Of a stretch of 64,000 nt of DNA, positions 10,221 to 20,764 are shown in pieces. The stretch covers positions 38,743-102,742 of the forward strand of contig JAANOX010000220.1 in NCBI GenBank assembly GCA_020184695.1, in the 5' to 3' direction. The translations under genes were made by a program, and so were the position numbers. Origin of the DNA: Histomonas meleagridis 2922-C6/04-290x. Its lineage: Eukaryota; Protista; Parabasalia. Numbering within the stretch: the first letter of the stretch is position 1; each line of letters starts with the position of its first letter. A model generated the notes under the pieces. That model worked only from the letters and a program-made list of their open reading frames with translations. It was not told the DNA's origin and made no database searches.

Positions 10221-12968
10221 ATGAAGATGAATATTCTCTTTATTTCCATATCTTTAGCTCTTCTTTTTAAAGATACTCATGAAAAATTCTCAGAAGGAAC
10301 GCTTGAAATAACTAGCTCAAGTGAATTTGACTCACAATATCAAAGTGAAACAATTCATGTTATTATCGGTGGTAATGTAACTATAATTCCTTATCGCGCT
10401 TTTATCGAATGGCCTCGTTTAAAAACTGTTGATATTTCAAATTCCGTTGTTACTATTGAAATGGATGCATTTTATAGATGTTCTGCATTAGAAACAGTTA
10501 ACATTGGCGATGGTGTTACCACAATTTGGACTTGTGCTTTTGAGGAATGTGCAAATTTAACTACAGTTAATCTTGGGCATTCTGTTAAAAATATTGAAGA
10601 TCGGGTATTTTCCGGATGTACTTCATTAAAATCATTCACATTTGTGGATTCTATTGAAACGATTGGAAGTAATGCATTTTCTCGTTGTTCTTTCCAAAAT
10701 ATTGAAATTCCTCATTCAATTCAATTTAGGGATTTTGTTTTTTCTAACTGTATATATTTAGAAACAGTTGATATTAAAGGGGAAGAAACTATATTTGGAA
10801 TTTCAACATTTCGTGATTGCCCAAATATTAAATCCATCACAATATCAAGTGATAATAAATATTTTTCAAATTTAAATGGTGATGGAATTCTTTATAATAA
10901 AAGCAGAACATCAATTATATTTTATCCACCCAAAAAAACAAATACAGAATATAGTATTCCAAGTTCTGTTATTAGAATTGAGAATTATGGATTTGCTTAT
11001 TCTTTATTGGAAACAGTTCAATTTACAGATAGTATTACAGAAATTGGTGAAAATGCATTTTACAATTGTTCTTTATTAAAAAATATTGAAATTCCAAAAT
11101 TAATTCGAACGATTGAACAATGTACGTTTTTAGATTGTTCGAAATTAGAAACATTGAATTTAGGTAATGTTGTTACAATATGTTATAGGGCATTTGATAA
11201 CTGTTATTCCTTACAAAATATTATAATTCCTGATTCAGTTGAAACAATCGATAGTAATGTCTTTTCTTATTGTTATTCACTACAATCTGTTAATATAGGA
11301 AATAATGTTGCAACAATTGGAAGATATGCATTTTCTAGTTGTGGAAGATTAGAGAAAGTGAATTTTGGTAATAATGTTAATATAATAGATGATTATGCAT
11401 TTTATTATTGTAATGCATTACAAAGAATTGAAATACCAAATTCAGTTATTACAATTGGTGGATATGTGTTTTATTTTTGTACTTCGTTGGAATCAATTTC
11501 ATTAGGAAATAAAGTTGAAACAATTAATGATTATGCATTTTCGAATTGTGATTCATTACAAAGTATTGTAATTCCAAACTCAGTTACCAAAACTGGTAAT
11601 TACACATTTTCTGAATGTAAAAAATTGGAATCTGTTTCTTTAGGAAATAATGTTAATGCAATTGGAAATTCAGCATTCTATTTGTGTGAAGTATTAAAGG
11701 ATATCACTATTCCAAATTCAGTTACTACAATCGGTGATTCTGCATTTTCTTATTGTTATTTACTACAATTTGTAAGTAATGGAGAGGGTGTTGTTACAAT
11801 TGGAAATGAAGCATTTTATGAATGTATTAATTTAGAAACAGTTAATATTGGAAGCAATGTTAACTCAATTGGAATTAATACTTTTATTGGTTGTACAAAT
11901 CTTAAATCAATTAAAGTATCGAATGAAAATAATTATTATTCGAATTTTAATGATGATGGAATTCTTTATAATAAAAACATAACCACAATTATTTGGTATC
12001 CATCAAAGAATGAAAATACGATATATAATATACCAAATTCAGTTACGAACATTGAAAATTATTCATTTTATAAATGTTCTGTTCTTGAAACAGTTAACAT
12101 TGGAGATAATGTTATGATAATTGAAACACAATCATTTTATATTTGTAAAAGTTTTAAATCCATTAAAGTATCGAATAATAACAAATATTATTCAAGTGTT
12201 AGTGATGATGGAATTCTTTATAATAAAGATATTACATCCATTGTATATTACCCATCAGGAAATGAAAACACTATAGTTACTATTGCAAATTCAGTCATTG
12301 AAATTGGAGAATATGCTTTTGCTTATTGTTCTTTCTTGGAAACAGTTGATTTTAATGAAAAGACAGAAACAATATCTAAATATGCCTTTTATTGTGGTTC
12401 CATTAAAAACATTGAAATTCCAAATTTAGTTAAAACAATAGAAGAATATACATTTTATTCATGTTTGCAATTAGAAACAGTAAACTTTGGAAGTGTTGTT
12501 ACAATTGGTAGATATTCATTTAGTCAATGCGCTTCATTAATAAGTATCGAAATTCCTGATTCAGTTACAACTATTTGCCAAAATGCATTTTATAATTGTT
12601 CAAACTTAAATACAATTAAAATAGGAAAGAATGTTGCCAAAATAGAATATGATGCATTTACGTTATGTTCCCTTTATTGCATTTATTATTATGGAGAAAC
12701 AGAGCCAACAATCGAATACGATTTTTATTTTGTTTTCCCAGATATTTCTGTTATTGTACTTCCTTCTTATCAAAGTAACAAATTCGGTTATTATTCAATT
12801 ACATATGATACAGAATGTAAAGTTCCAAGTGATGATAACAATAGCAATACTCTTGCAATTGCATTAGGTATTTGTATACCGGTAGTAGTTTTAATTATTG
12901 TTGGGTTGGTCATATTCTTTGTTGTTCGATCAAAGAAGAAGAAACAATCCTATTCATCATCATCATAA
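10221..12968 (+). CDS. BspA-like TpLRR surface protein with signal peptide and C-terminal TM
   Basis: Many IxIPNSVTTIGxxAFxxCxxL repeats, a hydrophobic N-terminus, the TM LAIALGICIPVVVLIIVGLVIFFVV and a basic tail RSKKKK. Confidence 0.92.
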   Translation: MKMNILFISISLALLFKDTHEKFSEGTLEITSSSEFDSQYQSETIHVIIGGNVTIIPYRAFIEWPRLKTVDISNSVVTIEMDAFYRCSALETVNIGDGVTTIWTCAFEECANLTTVNLGHSVKNIEDRVFSGCTSLKSFTFVDSIETIGSNAFSRCSFQNIEIPHSIQFRDFVFSNCIYLETVDIKGEETIFGISTFRDCPNIKSITISSDNKYFSNLNGDGILYNKSRTSIIFYPPKKTNTEYSIPSSVIRIENYGFAYSLLETVQFTDSITEIGENAFYNCSLLKNIEIPKLIRTIEQCTFLDCSKLETLNLGNVVTICYRAFDNCYSLQNIIIPDSVETIDSNVFSYCYSLQSVNIGNNVATIGRYAFSSCGRLEKVNFGNNVNIIDDYAFYYCNALQRIEIPNSVITIGGYVFYFCTSLESISLGNKVETINDYAFSNCDSLQSIVIPNSVTKTGNYTFSECKKLESVSLGNNVNAIGNSAFYLCEVLKDITIPNSVTTIGDSAFSYCYLLQFVSNGEGVVTIGNEAFYECINLETVNIGSNVNSIGINTFIGCTNLKSIKVSNENNYYSNFNDDGILYNKNITTIIWYPSKNENTIYNIPNSVTNIENYSFYKCSVLETVNIGDNVMIIETQSFYICKSFKSIKVSNNNKYYSSVSDDGILYNKDITSIVYYPSGNENTIVTIANSVIEIGEYAFAYCSFLETVDFNEKTETISKYAFYCGSIKNIEIPNLVKTIEEYTFYSCLQLETVNFGSVVTIGRYSFSQCASLISIEIPDSVTTICQNAFYNCSNLNTIKIGKNVAKIEYDAFTLCSLYCIYYYGETEPTIEYDFYFVFPDISVIVLPSYQSNKFGYYSITYDTECKVPSDDNNSNTLAIALGICIPVVVLIIVGLVIFFVVRSKKKKQSYSSSS

Positions 12969-13164
12969 ACTCTTAATGCCTTATTTTTTTTTACTTTGTT
13001 TTATTACAAATGCTATAAATTACTTGAAATAAATATATTTTTAAAATATTGGTTAAATTATTTTCCAATAAACCATTAACTTTAAATTATCGATATGATA
13101 GTTATTGTATACTATTTATTTTAAAAACTTAATTACTCTTCTAAAAGGTTATTCCATTAACATT

Positions 13165-13998
13165 TTATTCAACAATTTCTTTGAGTTTTTCAGTAGGAGA
13201 AATATTGTTTTGTTCCATCTTTTTAACTCTTTGTTCCAGTAGTTCATATTTAGCTTTCTCTTGTTCATATATAGCTTTTTCTATTTTGATTTTCTTTTCA
13301 AGGATTTTGAGCGCGATTTCAGGAAACTCAAGAACATTTAAGAGTGAAAATTTTGATGAATGAGAAGAAAGAAGATTGTTAATGATCTCTCGAAGACCTT
13401 CACTAAGCATACGAATTTTCGTTTGGCTGATATGACGTGTTTCTTCAAAGTTTGAAAGTGTAGCCATTTCATAAATTATTATTCCCAAATCTGTAAGATC
13501 TTTAGCTTTATCAACTTCTTGACAGTTACTAAGTGAAAAATCAGCAATCTTAACATTATTTTCTGAATCAAAGAAGACATGACGTGATGTAAGAGAACCA
13601 TGAGCAATTGGATGAGATTTGTGGTAATGGCATTCATACAATGAAAGAGCAATACTAGAAACAATATCCCATATCTTATCTTCAGGAATTGGTTTCTTTG
13701 TTTCGGCTGCATTAGATATGAAGGATCGAAGGGTACCATTTGGACAATAATCAACAATAAGATTTAATGTACCTTGATCATGATCAACAACACAATTGTG
13801 ATACCTGATGATACCAGGAAACCTGATTTGTGTTAAGGTATTGACAGTTTCAACAATTCTTATTTTTTCAGATTTAGAAAGACCAACATAATTAATCTTC
13901 TTCATTACAAAGATTGAGTTATCACGTAACCTTTGTACCTGGAAAGTGTGACATGATCCCTTATTGCTTAAAGGTTTGATGATTTTGTATCCTTCCAT
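13165..13998 (-). CDS. NEK-like pseudokinase with a coiled-coil tail
   Basis: VMKKI, the catalytic loop IAHGSLTSRHVF (HRD lost) and DFS, followed by a very short path to DLGIIIYEMAT. Confidence 0.75.
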   Translation of the reverse strand: MEGYKIIKPLSNKGSCHTFQVQRLRDNSIFVMKKINYVGLSKSEKIRIVETVNTLTQIRFPGIIRYHNCVVDHDQGTLNLIVDYCPNGTLRSFISNAAETKKPIPEDKIWDIVSSIALSLYECHYHKSHPIAHGSLTSRHVFFDSENNVKIADFSLSNCQEVDKAKDLTDLGIIIYEMATLSNFEETRHISQTKIRMLSEGLREIINNLLSSHSSKFSLLNVLEFPEIALKILEKKIKIEKAIYEQEKAKYELLEQRVKKMEQNNISPTEKLKEIVE

Positions 13999-14161
13999 TT
14001 AAAATGTTAAACGTCCATTTTAAACGGCTTCTAATGGATTTCAAACGATTTTTTTTTTTAGTTTTTTCTCAGAGAAAACTCAGCTAAGTATATAAAATAA
14101 ATATTTTATTACAAAAAGATCAATGTTTAATAACAATTATATTTTTATGAAACTATTTCTT

Positions 14162-14893
14162 CTATGCTGATAATCTACATAATTGTATGCATAAGTTTAA
14201 TTGCTTTGGGAAGTTAATTTCGATGTTTGTTCTTAGTTCTTCCCCAATTTGATCACAAATATCTTGAATTTGATCCAAATTTACTTTTTTTCTTTGGCAT
14301 GATACAGATATTGCGTCAAGGTACTGTATCATTTCATCTATAATTTCTGTGTGATTAAATACATTTTGAGTTGGGTTTTCATCAATATTCTCGTTAAAAA
14401 ATGGAATATTTGGAAATATATCTTTTGGCTTTGCACGCTTCCATCTCCTAAATTCAACCATCAGAGGACCCATTTTGTTCTCGCTTTCTTCAAGTCTGGC
14501 TTTTAATAAATCAAGATATGGCTCTTTTTCATTTACCTTTCTTAGGGATGTTTTCGCTGTGCCTCTCATCCAAGTATCAAACGAAATAAAAAAAGATTGA
14601 TATGCTCTGTCTAAGTAAGGACGAAGATCTTTTTTTTTGATACCAATAGATTTTAATAAGTAAGAAGCAGATTTTTTAACGACATCACCAAATTGCCTTG
14701 CTATTGGCGCTGTTGGATCACGTGGCAATAAGTCTGATTTTTTTATGGTAATTTTTGGTGATGGATTATTATTACTAATTTGTTTTGAAAAATATTGTAT
14801 CGTTGGTTCTTTAACAGGAGACATGCTTGGCCTTGGCGTGATTTTTCTTTTTGAATTTGGGGTTCTTCTGTGCCATTCCACTGGTGAAATCAT
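14162..14893 (-). CDS. Hypothetical protein
   Basis: 243-aa ORF with no recognised motif. Confidence 0.6.
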   Translation of the reverse strand: MISPVEWHRRTPNSKRKITPRPSMSPVKEPTIQYFSKQISNNNPSPKITIKKSDLLPRDPTAPIARQFGDVVKKSASYLLKSIGIKKKDLRPYLDRAYQSFFISFDTWMRGTAKTSLRKVNEKEPYLDLLKARLEESENKMGPLMVEFRRWKRAKPKDIFPNIPFFNENIDENPTQNVFNHTEIIDEMIQYLDAISVSCQRKKVNLDQIQDICDQIGEELRTNIEINFPKQLNLCIQLCRLSA

Positions 14894-15188
14894 GAGCTAA
14901 ATCTGTTTAAATGAATAAATTTACTTTTAAATAGTAACACAAAGAAATACGTTTACTTTTTCTAAGCAGTAAAAAATCAATACCATTCAAAATTTAACAG
15001 CCATGTGAATGACACAGACAATCTAAACACAAAACAAGACCACGCAGTATGGAGCTTCCAACCATTCACAATAATAACAGCAATAAAATTTATTTGTGGT
15101 ACAAAATTTTTTAATTTTTATTGGATACAACGATAGAATTTTCAGGCAAAAAACACTCATTGAATTTTCTATCGTTTGCTGAAACCAT

Positions 15189-15761
15189 TTAATGAGTTTT
15201 GCATTTAGATTCAGAATGTTCTTCACATTGAGGTGGGGTACTTTTGTCTGATAAAATAGCTTCGATTCCTGCTATAATGATATCTTTTACATGTTCATTA
15301 TTTTTTGCTGAGCATTCTATATAAGCACTTGCTCCAATAACATTTTTCACCTCTTCTATTTTAAATTTTGGAATTATATTATCTGTTGTTTTTCGATAAT
15401 TGAATGAATTATCTTCATCTTTCAAACCAACTAAAATATAATGTTTATTGGAAAAGTCCTTTCCAAGTTCTTCTAAGTACAAATTTTGGATATATTTTAA
15501 TGATTGAAGTGAAAAGATTGAAAAACAAAGAACTAAAACGTCTGATTCTCGACAAAATAGAAACGCCAATTTTTTAAAATCAACATCAAACTCGTAGGAC
15601 AATTCTACTCTATACTTTTTATCTTTATATTTTGTATATGTATAACTATCAAAATTTGGCACATATTCGCTTGGGTAAGATCCATAAATATATGTTAATA
15701 TGAGTGATCTTCTATCAACTTGTCCAATAAAACCAAAATTGATTTGATTATCTGAGCGCAT
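15189..15761 (-). CDS. Degenerate Rho/Rac-like small GTPase
   Basis: Rho-like segments YPSEYVPNFD, DVLVLCFSI, ILVGLK and YIECSAK are present, but G1 and G3 are degenerate. Confidence 0.7.
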   Translation of the reverse strand: MRSDNQINFGFIGQVDRRSLILTYIYGSYPSEYVPNFDSYTYTKYKDKKYRVELSYEFDVDFKKLAFLFCRESDVLVLCFSIFSLQSLKYIQNLYLEELGKDFSNKHYILVGLKDEDNSFNYRKTTDNIIPKFKIEEVKNVIGASAYIECSAKNNEHVKDIIIAGIEAILSDKSTPPQCEEHSESKCKTH

Positions 15762-16988
15762 GACGCTTGGTGCCGAAAAAAAAAATTTTTATAACTTGCA
15801 ATTTTTTGAATTATCGGAGAATCTTATTTCCAGAGCATAACGGTCACCAATAACGGTTATTTTTCGTACATTGAAAAAGTTGGTGTTTCGACAGAACGGC
15901 TTTTTCAATGAAATACGATCATTTCTGGTATTCAGGCGGTTATTTTTCGTTTCTGGTCGGCCAACTATATTATCAATTTGATGTTGAAAAATTGAATATT
16001 TTATTTGTAAAATTTGAATAATTTCGAATCTGACGAATATGCCAGCGGCTGGTATTTTCGAAAATTTCCAATGATTTTAACGGATTCGGGCCTCCCTATG
16101 GAATCCAAATAAACGGTTTCTATAATTATGTATCGTCTGTGAAAAAAAATAACAGTGTTAGCAACAATATACTTATCATATAAATATTATATTTTCAAAA
16201 AAATTCAAGATTACTTAAATCAGAATTTCCGATAAAAATTTTTAATTTATCAAAAAAATTTGTTCACCAAGATATTATCATCTGCTGATTGATTCAATAA
16301 ATTTTTGGTGAAAAGTGTAAATTTCTCGTTCATTTTTTTGTATTATAATAATTAATTAACTTCTTTATGAATAGCTATATAGTGCGCATATAACGGATAT
16401 GTTTTTTCTATAAAATTTAATTTTGAAAAATTATTATCAATTATCATTTTTATGCATGAAATTTTTTCATTCAAGCACAGCCATTTCACAGACTACCCAA
16501 AAAGAAACTTACTATCAACTCATATATCAAGTTATAGTTGATTTTATTAAGATATACAAACTGTAATCAATTTTTGGAGTGGGGATTAATTTTGAGTTTT
16601 ATTTTATAATAAGTGTAAACAAAAGTGATTCATTATTATACTTAGGCTCAATAAAAAAAAATTTGAATGTTATATTACCTTTACTTCTTTTCTCATTTTT
16701 TAGTATTTTTATATCCATTTTAATTGATTTCACTTTCAAGGTTATTAAATTTTTAAGCCTTATACAATCCGAAATTTGGTGAAAATAAACGCGAACGAAT
16801 ATATTTGATATAATCAGTTGAAAATTCAATATGATTTCCCAAAAAGTAACTAACTTTGTTAATGGGTTTTCAAGTATTGAGAGAAGAACTATCAATTTTT
16901 TAATTTTTTTATAAAATGAAATAAACTCAAGGAAAAATGAAAGTTAATATAAAATAAACAGAATTCTATCTTGTGTTCATTTATAAAA

Positions 16989-19331
16989 ATGCTTTCAATC
17001 ATGACTACGTTTTGTACAAGCATAAGACTTTATGCTCGTGAAGATCTCAATGCATCAAATGGTGCAGGAGGAACATATTTATGGTGGACAGACCTTGGAA
17101 GTAAAGATATTATTTATCGTGTTATGCATTGTGGTAGTGATAATATATGGAAAAGCACAAGTGTCTTTGCAGAAGGAGATAAAGTAAATGTATTAAATGT
17201 ATACCCTTCTGAATGCAAGAAATGTTTAAAAATAGGTGATAAATATAAAACCTACAATGTAATTTTTAAATTTGCTAAAGATAACAATCAAGTTATATTA
17301 CCAAAATCAGCATCTTTAAAAATATGGATGGAAGGGGGAACGATTATAGACAAAGGTGTTGAAAAAAAGTTCGATCCATATGGAATTGATCCGAAAACAA
17401 AAAAGCAATTAATTTTCGTTACATTAATGTCGATAGATGAATTTGAAGAAAACCCAAATGCTATTTTTAATTATGATGTAACCGTATTTGGAACATGGGA
17501 TGCCAATGCTTGTGTGTCAATAACAACTGAAACAGCACAAAACGTGGTTAGCAAATACATTGATGAAGGTTTTGGTGTTTTAGCAGGACATGATACTCTT
17601 TCAACTCATTTTTATGATTACAGAAGGAAACCTCTTGGATTAGCATCTATAAGTTCAAAGTTTGGAATAGAAACTAATGTTTTATTACCAAGTGATTTTA
17701 AATCTGATAAGATTAAAATTGAGAAAAAAGGTCTTCTCACAAATTACCCATGGAAAATTGGAGATATTAACGATAATTTAACCATACCAGAAGCTCATAT
17801 TAATAGTGCTACATTTGGGAATATATGGATGTCATTTTATGGAGATTGGAGAGTTCCTGAATACACAATTATTGGTTCCAGAAAGTTATTATATAATTTC
17901 TATCTATCATCATATAACAATGCAGCTATGATTCAAACAGGACATAGCAATTGTGATTCAACCGAAGACGAAAGAAAGCTTATTGCAAATACAATCTATT
18001 ATCTTAAACAAAGAACCACAAGAAGTTCACTAACTATTCATGAAACACAAGATATAAATCCACCAGCAATTCATCAATTAATGCCTAATTATGAAAAAAA
18101 TCTTATTTATTTAAAAAGTCATGATTTTGCTACAAGATATCAATTCAAAGTTGAAGCAATCAATATTTCAACAAATATAGTGGTGAATAAATCAAATAAG
18201 GTGTCTATCAGAGTAAAAACAAACCTTGCAGGCCATTATTATTTATTTAATAAATTTCAATCGTTTAAAATCACAACAAAAAATTCTATTACATGTAATA
18301 AAACATTAACAAATATAATTAATATTTTCGAAAAGTATTGCAACTTGAACTTACATGTTGCACCTTATGATCATGCAGGAAACATCGGAACAACAAAATC
18401 ATTTAATATTACCAACAAATGGAAAATTTGTCAAAAAAATTATAATAATGAAAATAAAAAGGAATTGTTCAAAGGGAAAGTAAATGATAATCAAAACAAG
18501 AAATCAGAAAAAACAAAAAATCCAGTAATAATGAAAAAACAAGAAGCATATTCTACATCAAATAATAAACTATTAAAGAAGCAAAACAAACCAAATTCAA
18601 ACAAAGATAAAGTATTAAAACAACAAAAAGTATATTCTAAATCTATAAACTCAATAAAAATATCAAATAAAACGCATGGTTCACCAAACATTTCCGAAAC
18701 AACAAAACAAGACTTAAAGTCAACATTAAACAATCAATTAAATGTTCATAAAATAACAAAGAAATCAAATTTAACTCTAAATAATCAAGTAAACACCACT
18801 TACATAGCAAAACAAGAATCAAATCCTGTATTACGTAAACAAAATAATATCACTAAAACAACAAAACAAGAATCAAACCCAGTATTAAGTAAACAAAATA
18901 ATATCACTAAAATAGCGAAAGAAGAAAATGTGACTTTAAATAATAAGTTAAAAGCTATTGAAAATATTACAAAACATCAAGAATCTCCTCATTCAAGCGA
19001 ATATTCAGCGAATGATAAAAGTAGGCAAATTTCTCAAGAAAACAATGGAAAATTTGTACTTCCTGATAGTTCTCAACAAGAAGATAAAGCAAATAAGAAA
19101 CTTTTTTACACTATTTTGAGTCTTTTAGGAATTATTGTAATTACTTCAATTGTAATTGCAACTATAATCATGAAGCGTTGTAACCAAGCTAACGAAATTG
19201 TTGATACAATGGAAACTCCAGGTAATATTGTCGCTAATGAGCAATCAATACAATATCAAAATCCATTGTTCCATATTAGCGAAGATGATCCATTTGAAGA
19301 TGACTTCGATCAATCTAGAAATAATGAATAA
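16989..19331 (+). CDS. Type I membrane surface protein with a bacterial-like extracellular domain (DUF5057-like) and K/N-rich stalk
   Basis: Hydrophobic N-terminus; motifs VFGTWDAN, GVLAGHDT, LTNYPWKIG and MIQTGHSNCDSTEDERKLIANTIYYLKQ; TM near the C-terminus; acidic tail NPLF...DDPFEDDF. Confidence 0.65.
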   Translation: MLSIMTTFCTSIRLYAREDLNASNGAGGTYLWWTDLGSKDIIYRVMHCGSDNIWKSTSVFAEGDKVNVLNVYPSECKKCLKIGDKYKTYNVIFKFAKDNNQVILPKSASLKIWMEGGTIIDKGVEKKFDPYGIDPKTKKQLIFVTLMSIDEFEENPNAIFNYDVTVFGTWDANACVSITTETAQNVVSKYIDEGFGVLAGHDTLSTHFYDYRRKPLGLASISSKFGIETNVLLPSDFKSDKIKIEKKGLLTNYPWKIGDINDNLTIPEAHINSATFGNIWMSFYGDWRVPEYTIIGSRKLLYNFYLSSYNNAAMIQTGHSNCDSTEDERKLIANTIYYLKQRTTRSSLTIHETQDINPPAIHQLMPNYEKNLIYLKSHDFATRYQFKVEAINISTNIVVNKSNKVSIRVKTNLAGHYYLFNKFQSFKITTKNSITCNKTLTNIINIFEKYCNLNLHVAPYDHAGNIGTTKSFNITNKWKICQKNYNNENKKELFKGKVNDNQNKKSEKTKNPVIMKKQEAYSTSNNKLLKKQNKPNSNKDKVLKQQKVYSKSINSIKISNKTHGSPNISETTKQDLKSTLNNQLNVHKITKKSNLTLNNQVNTTYIAKQESNPVLRKQNNITKTTKQESNPVLSKQNNITKIAKEENVTLNNKLKAIENITKHQESPHSSEYSANDKSRQISQENNGKFVLPDSSQQEDKANKKLFYTILSLLGIIVITSIVIATIIMKRCNQANEIVDTMETPGNIVANEQSIQYQNPLFHISEDDPFEDDFDQSRNNE
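18810..18917 (+). repeat. 54-bp in-frame tandem duplication (2 copies)
   Basis: KQESNPVLRKQNNITKTT / KQESNPVLSKQNNITKIA. Confidence 0.9.
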
Positions 19332-19613
19332 ACGAGAAGGCCTAATTTTTTTCTTATTATAACAATTTATAATAATTCGTATCTTGGTACATATTGAATC
19401 ATGTGCTTATAGTTAAATACCAATGCAACAAATGAAATTAACGATCATAACCACCAGAGAAATGGGTGCAAATGTTATTTTAAATTAAAGGGAATTAACG
19501 AAGTTCTTGGGATAAGAGCTTTCATGAAAACATGGTTTAATGTTTATATTTGTAATCAATTAACTTAATTAATTTATTTGTTCAAAAAGTAAAATATTTC
19601 AAATTTACATCAT

Positions 19614-19985
<372 letters not shown>

Positions 19986-20345
19986 TTAGTACCATTTTTT
20001 TTGATATTAAACTTTAGAATGACCGTTAAATACCTGGGTTTCGAATCAAAAAAGTTTTCTTTATATTCCTTTATAAATATCATTTACAACCAAAATTGTT
20101 GTCATGTATGGCGCTAAAGTATTGATTTATAAACATTCATGACCTTAAACAATAATTTAAATTAAATGTGTCAAAAGCAAATACGCAAACAAGTACCTAT
20201 TTTCAGTTCATACAAAACAGCGTGAAACCAAAAAATTGGGTGTTTTCTATTAAACCCATTTTGAAGCTTCGAAGAAAAGAATTAATCAAAAATATTAAAA
20301 TGTAATCTCAAACCAACAAAATCGCTGTTAATTGTAGCAATTTAT

Positions 20346-20546
20346 TTATCGGAGACGACGAGCTTCACGTTCTGTTTCGAGGAGAGAAAGGATATCACCC
20401 TTCCTGACTGGACCTTTGACATTACGGATAAGAGAACGCTGTGACTCATCAAGGAATTCGACCTTAACTTGTGTAACACCACCACGGCTACCTGTACGTC
20501 CAATTATATCCTTGACAACAGCTAACTTGACTTGGACTTCTTCCAT
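20346..20546 (-). CDS. RPS28: 40S ribosomal protein S28 (eS28)
   Basis: [16 protein letters not shown]...[26 protein letters not shown]. Confidence 0.98.
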   Translation of the reverse strand: MEEVQVKLAVVKDIIGRTGSRGGVTQVKVEFLDESQRSLIRNVKGPVRKGDILSLLETEREARRLR

Positions 20547-20547
20547 T

Positions 20548-20575
20548 GAAAAGGACAGGCCATGTCAAAACCGCC
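20548..20575 (-). promoter_or_regulatory. M3 (CGGTT) plus M5 (CCTTT) core promoter of RPS28
   Basis: Sense strand reads GGCGGTTTTGACATGGCCTGTCCTTTTC-A-ATG, matching the motifs described for Trichomonas vaginalis promoters. Confidence 0.7.
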
Positions 20576-20764
20576 ATTAATAAACGGTCGTTTATAAAAC
20601 AAAGCAAGAAAAATATCTGTTTAATGGGCTTTTAAATGCAAAACCGAATTGTTTTAAATACAAAAAAATATCACAAACATAACCTTTTTCTCAAGCGAAT
20701 GAAAAAGAGTTATATGAAGAATTTATTTATGATTTGTAATTGTTATTTCTGAAACTTTCTATCT

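Noticed and set aside
19400-19613. Histone 3' stem-loop downstream of H4
   Set aside because: No canonical stem-loop is visible. The 3' end instead shows the TAAA plus AATT pattern of trichomonad polyadenylation.
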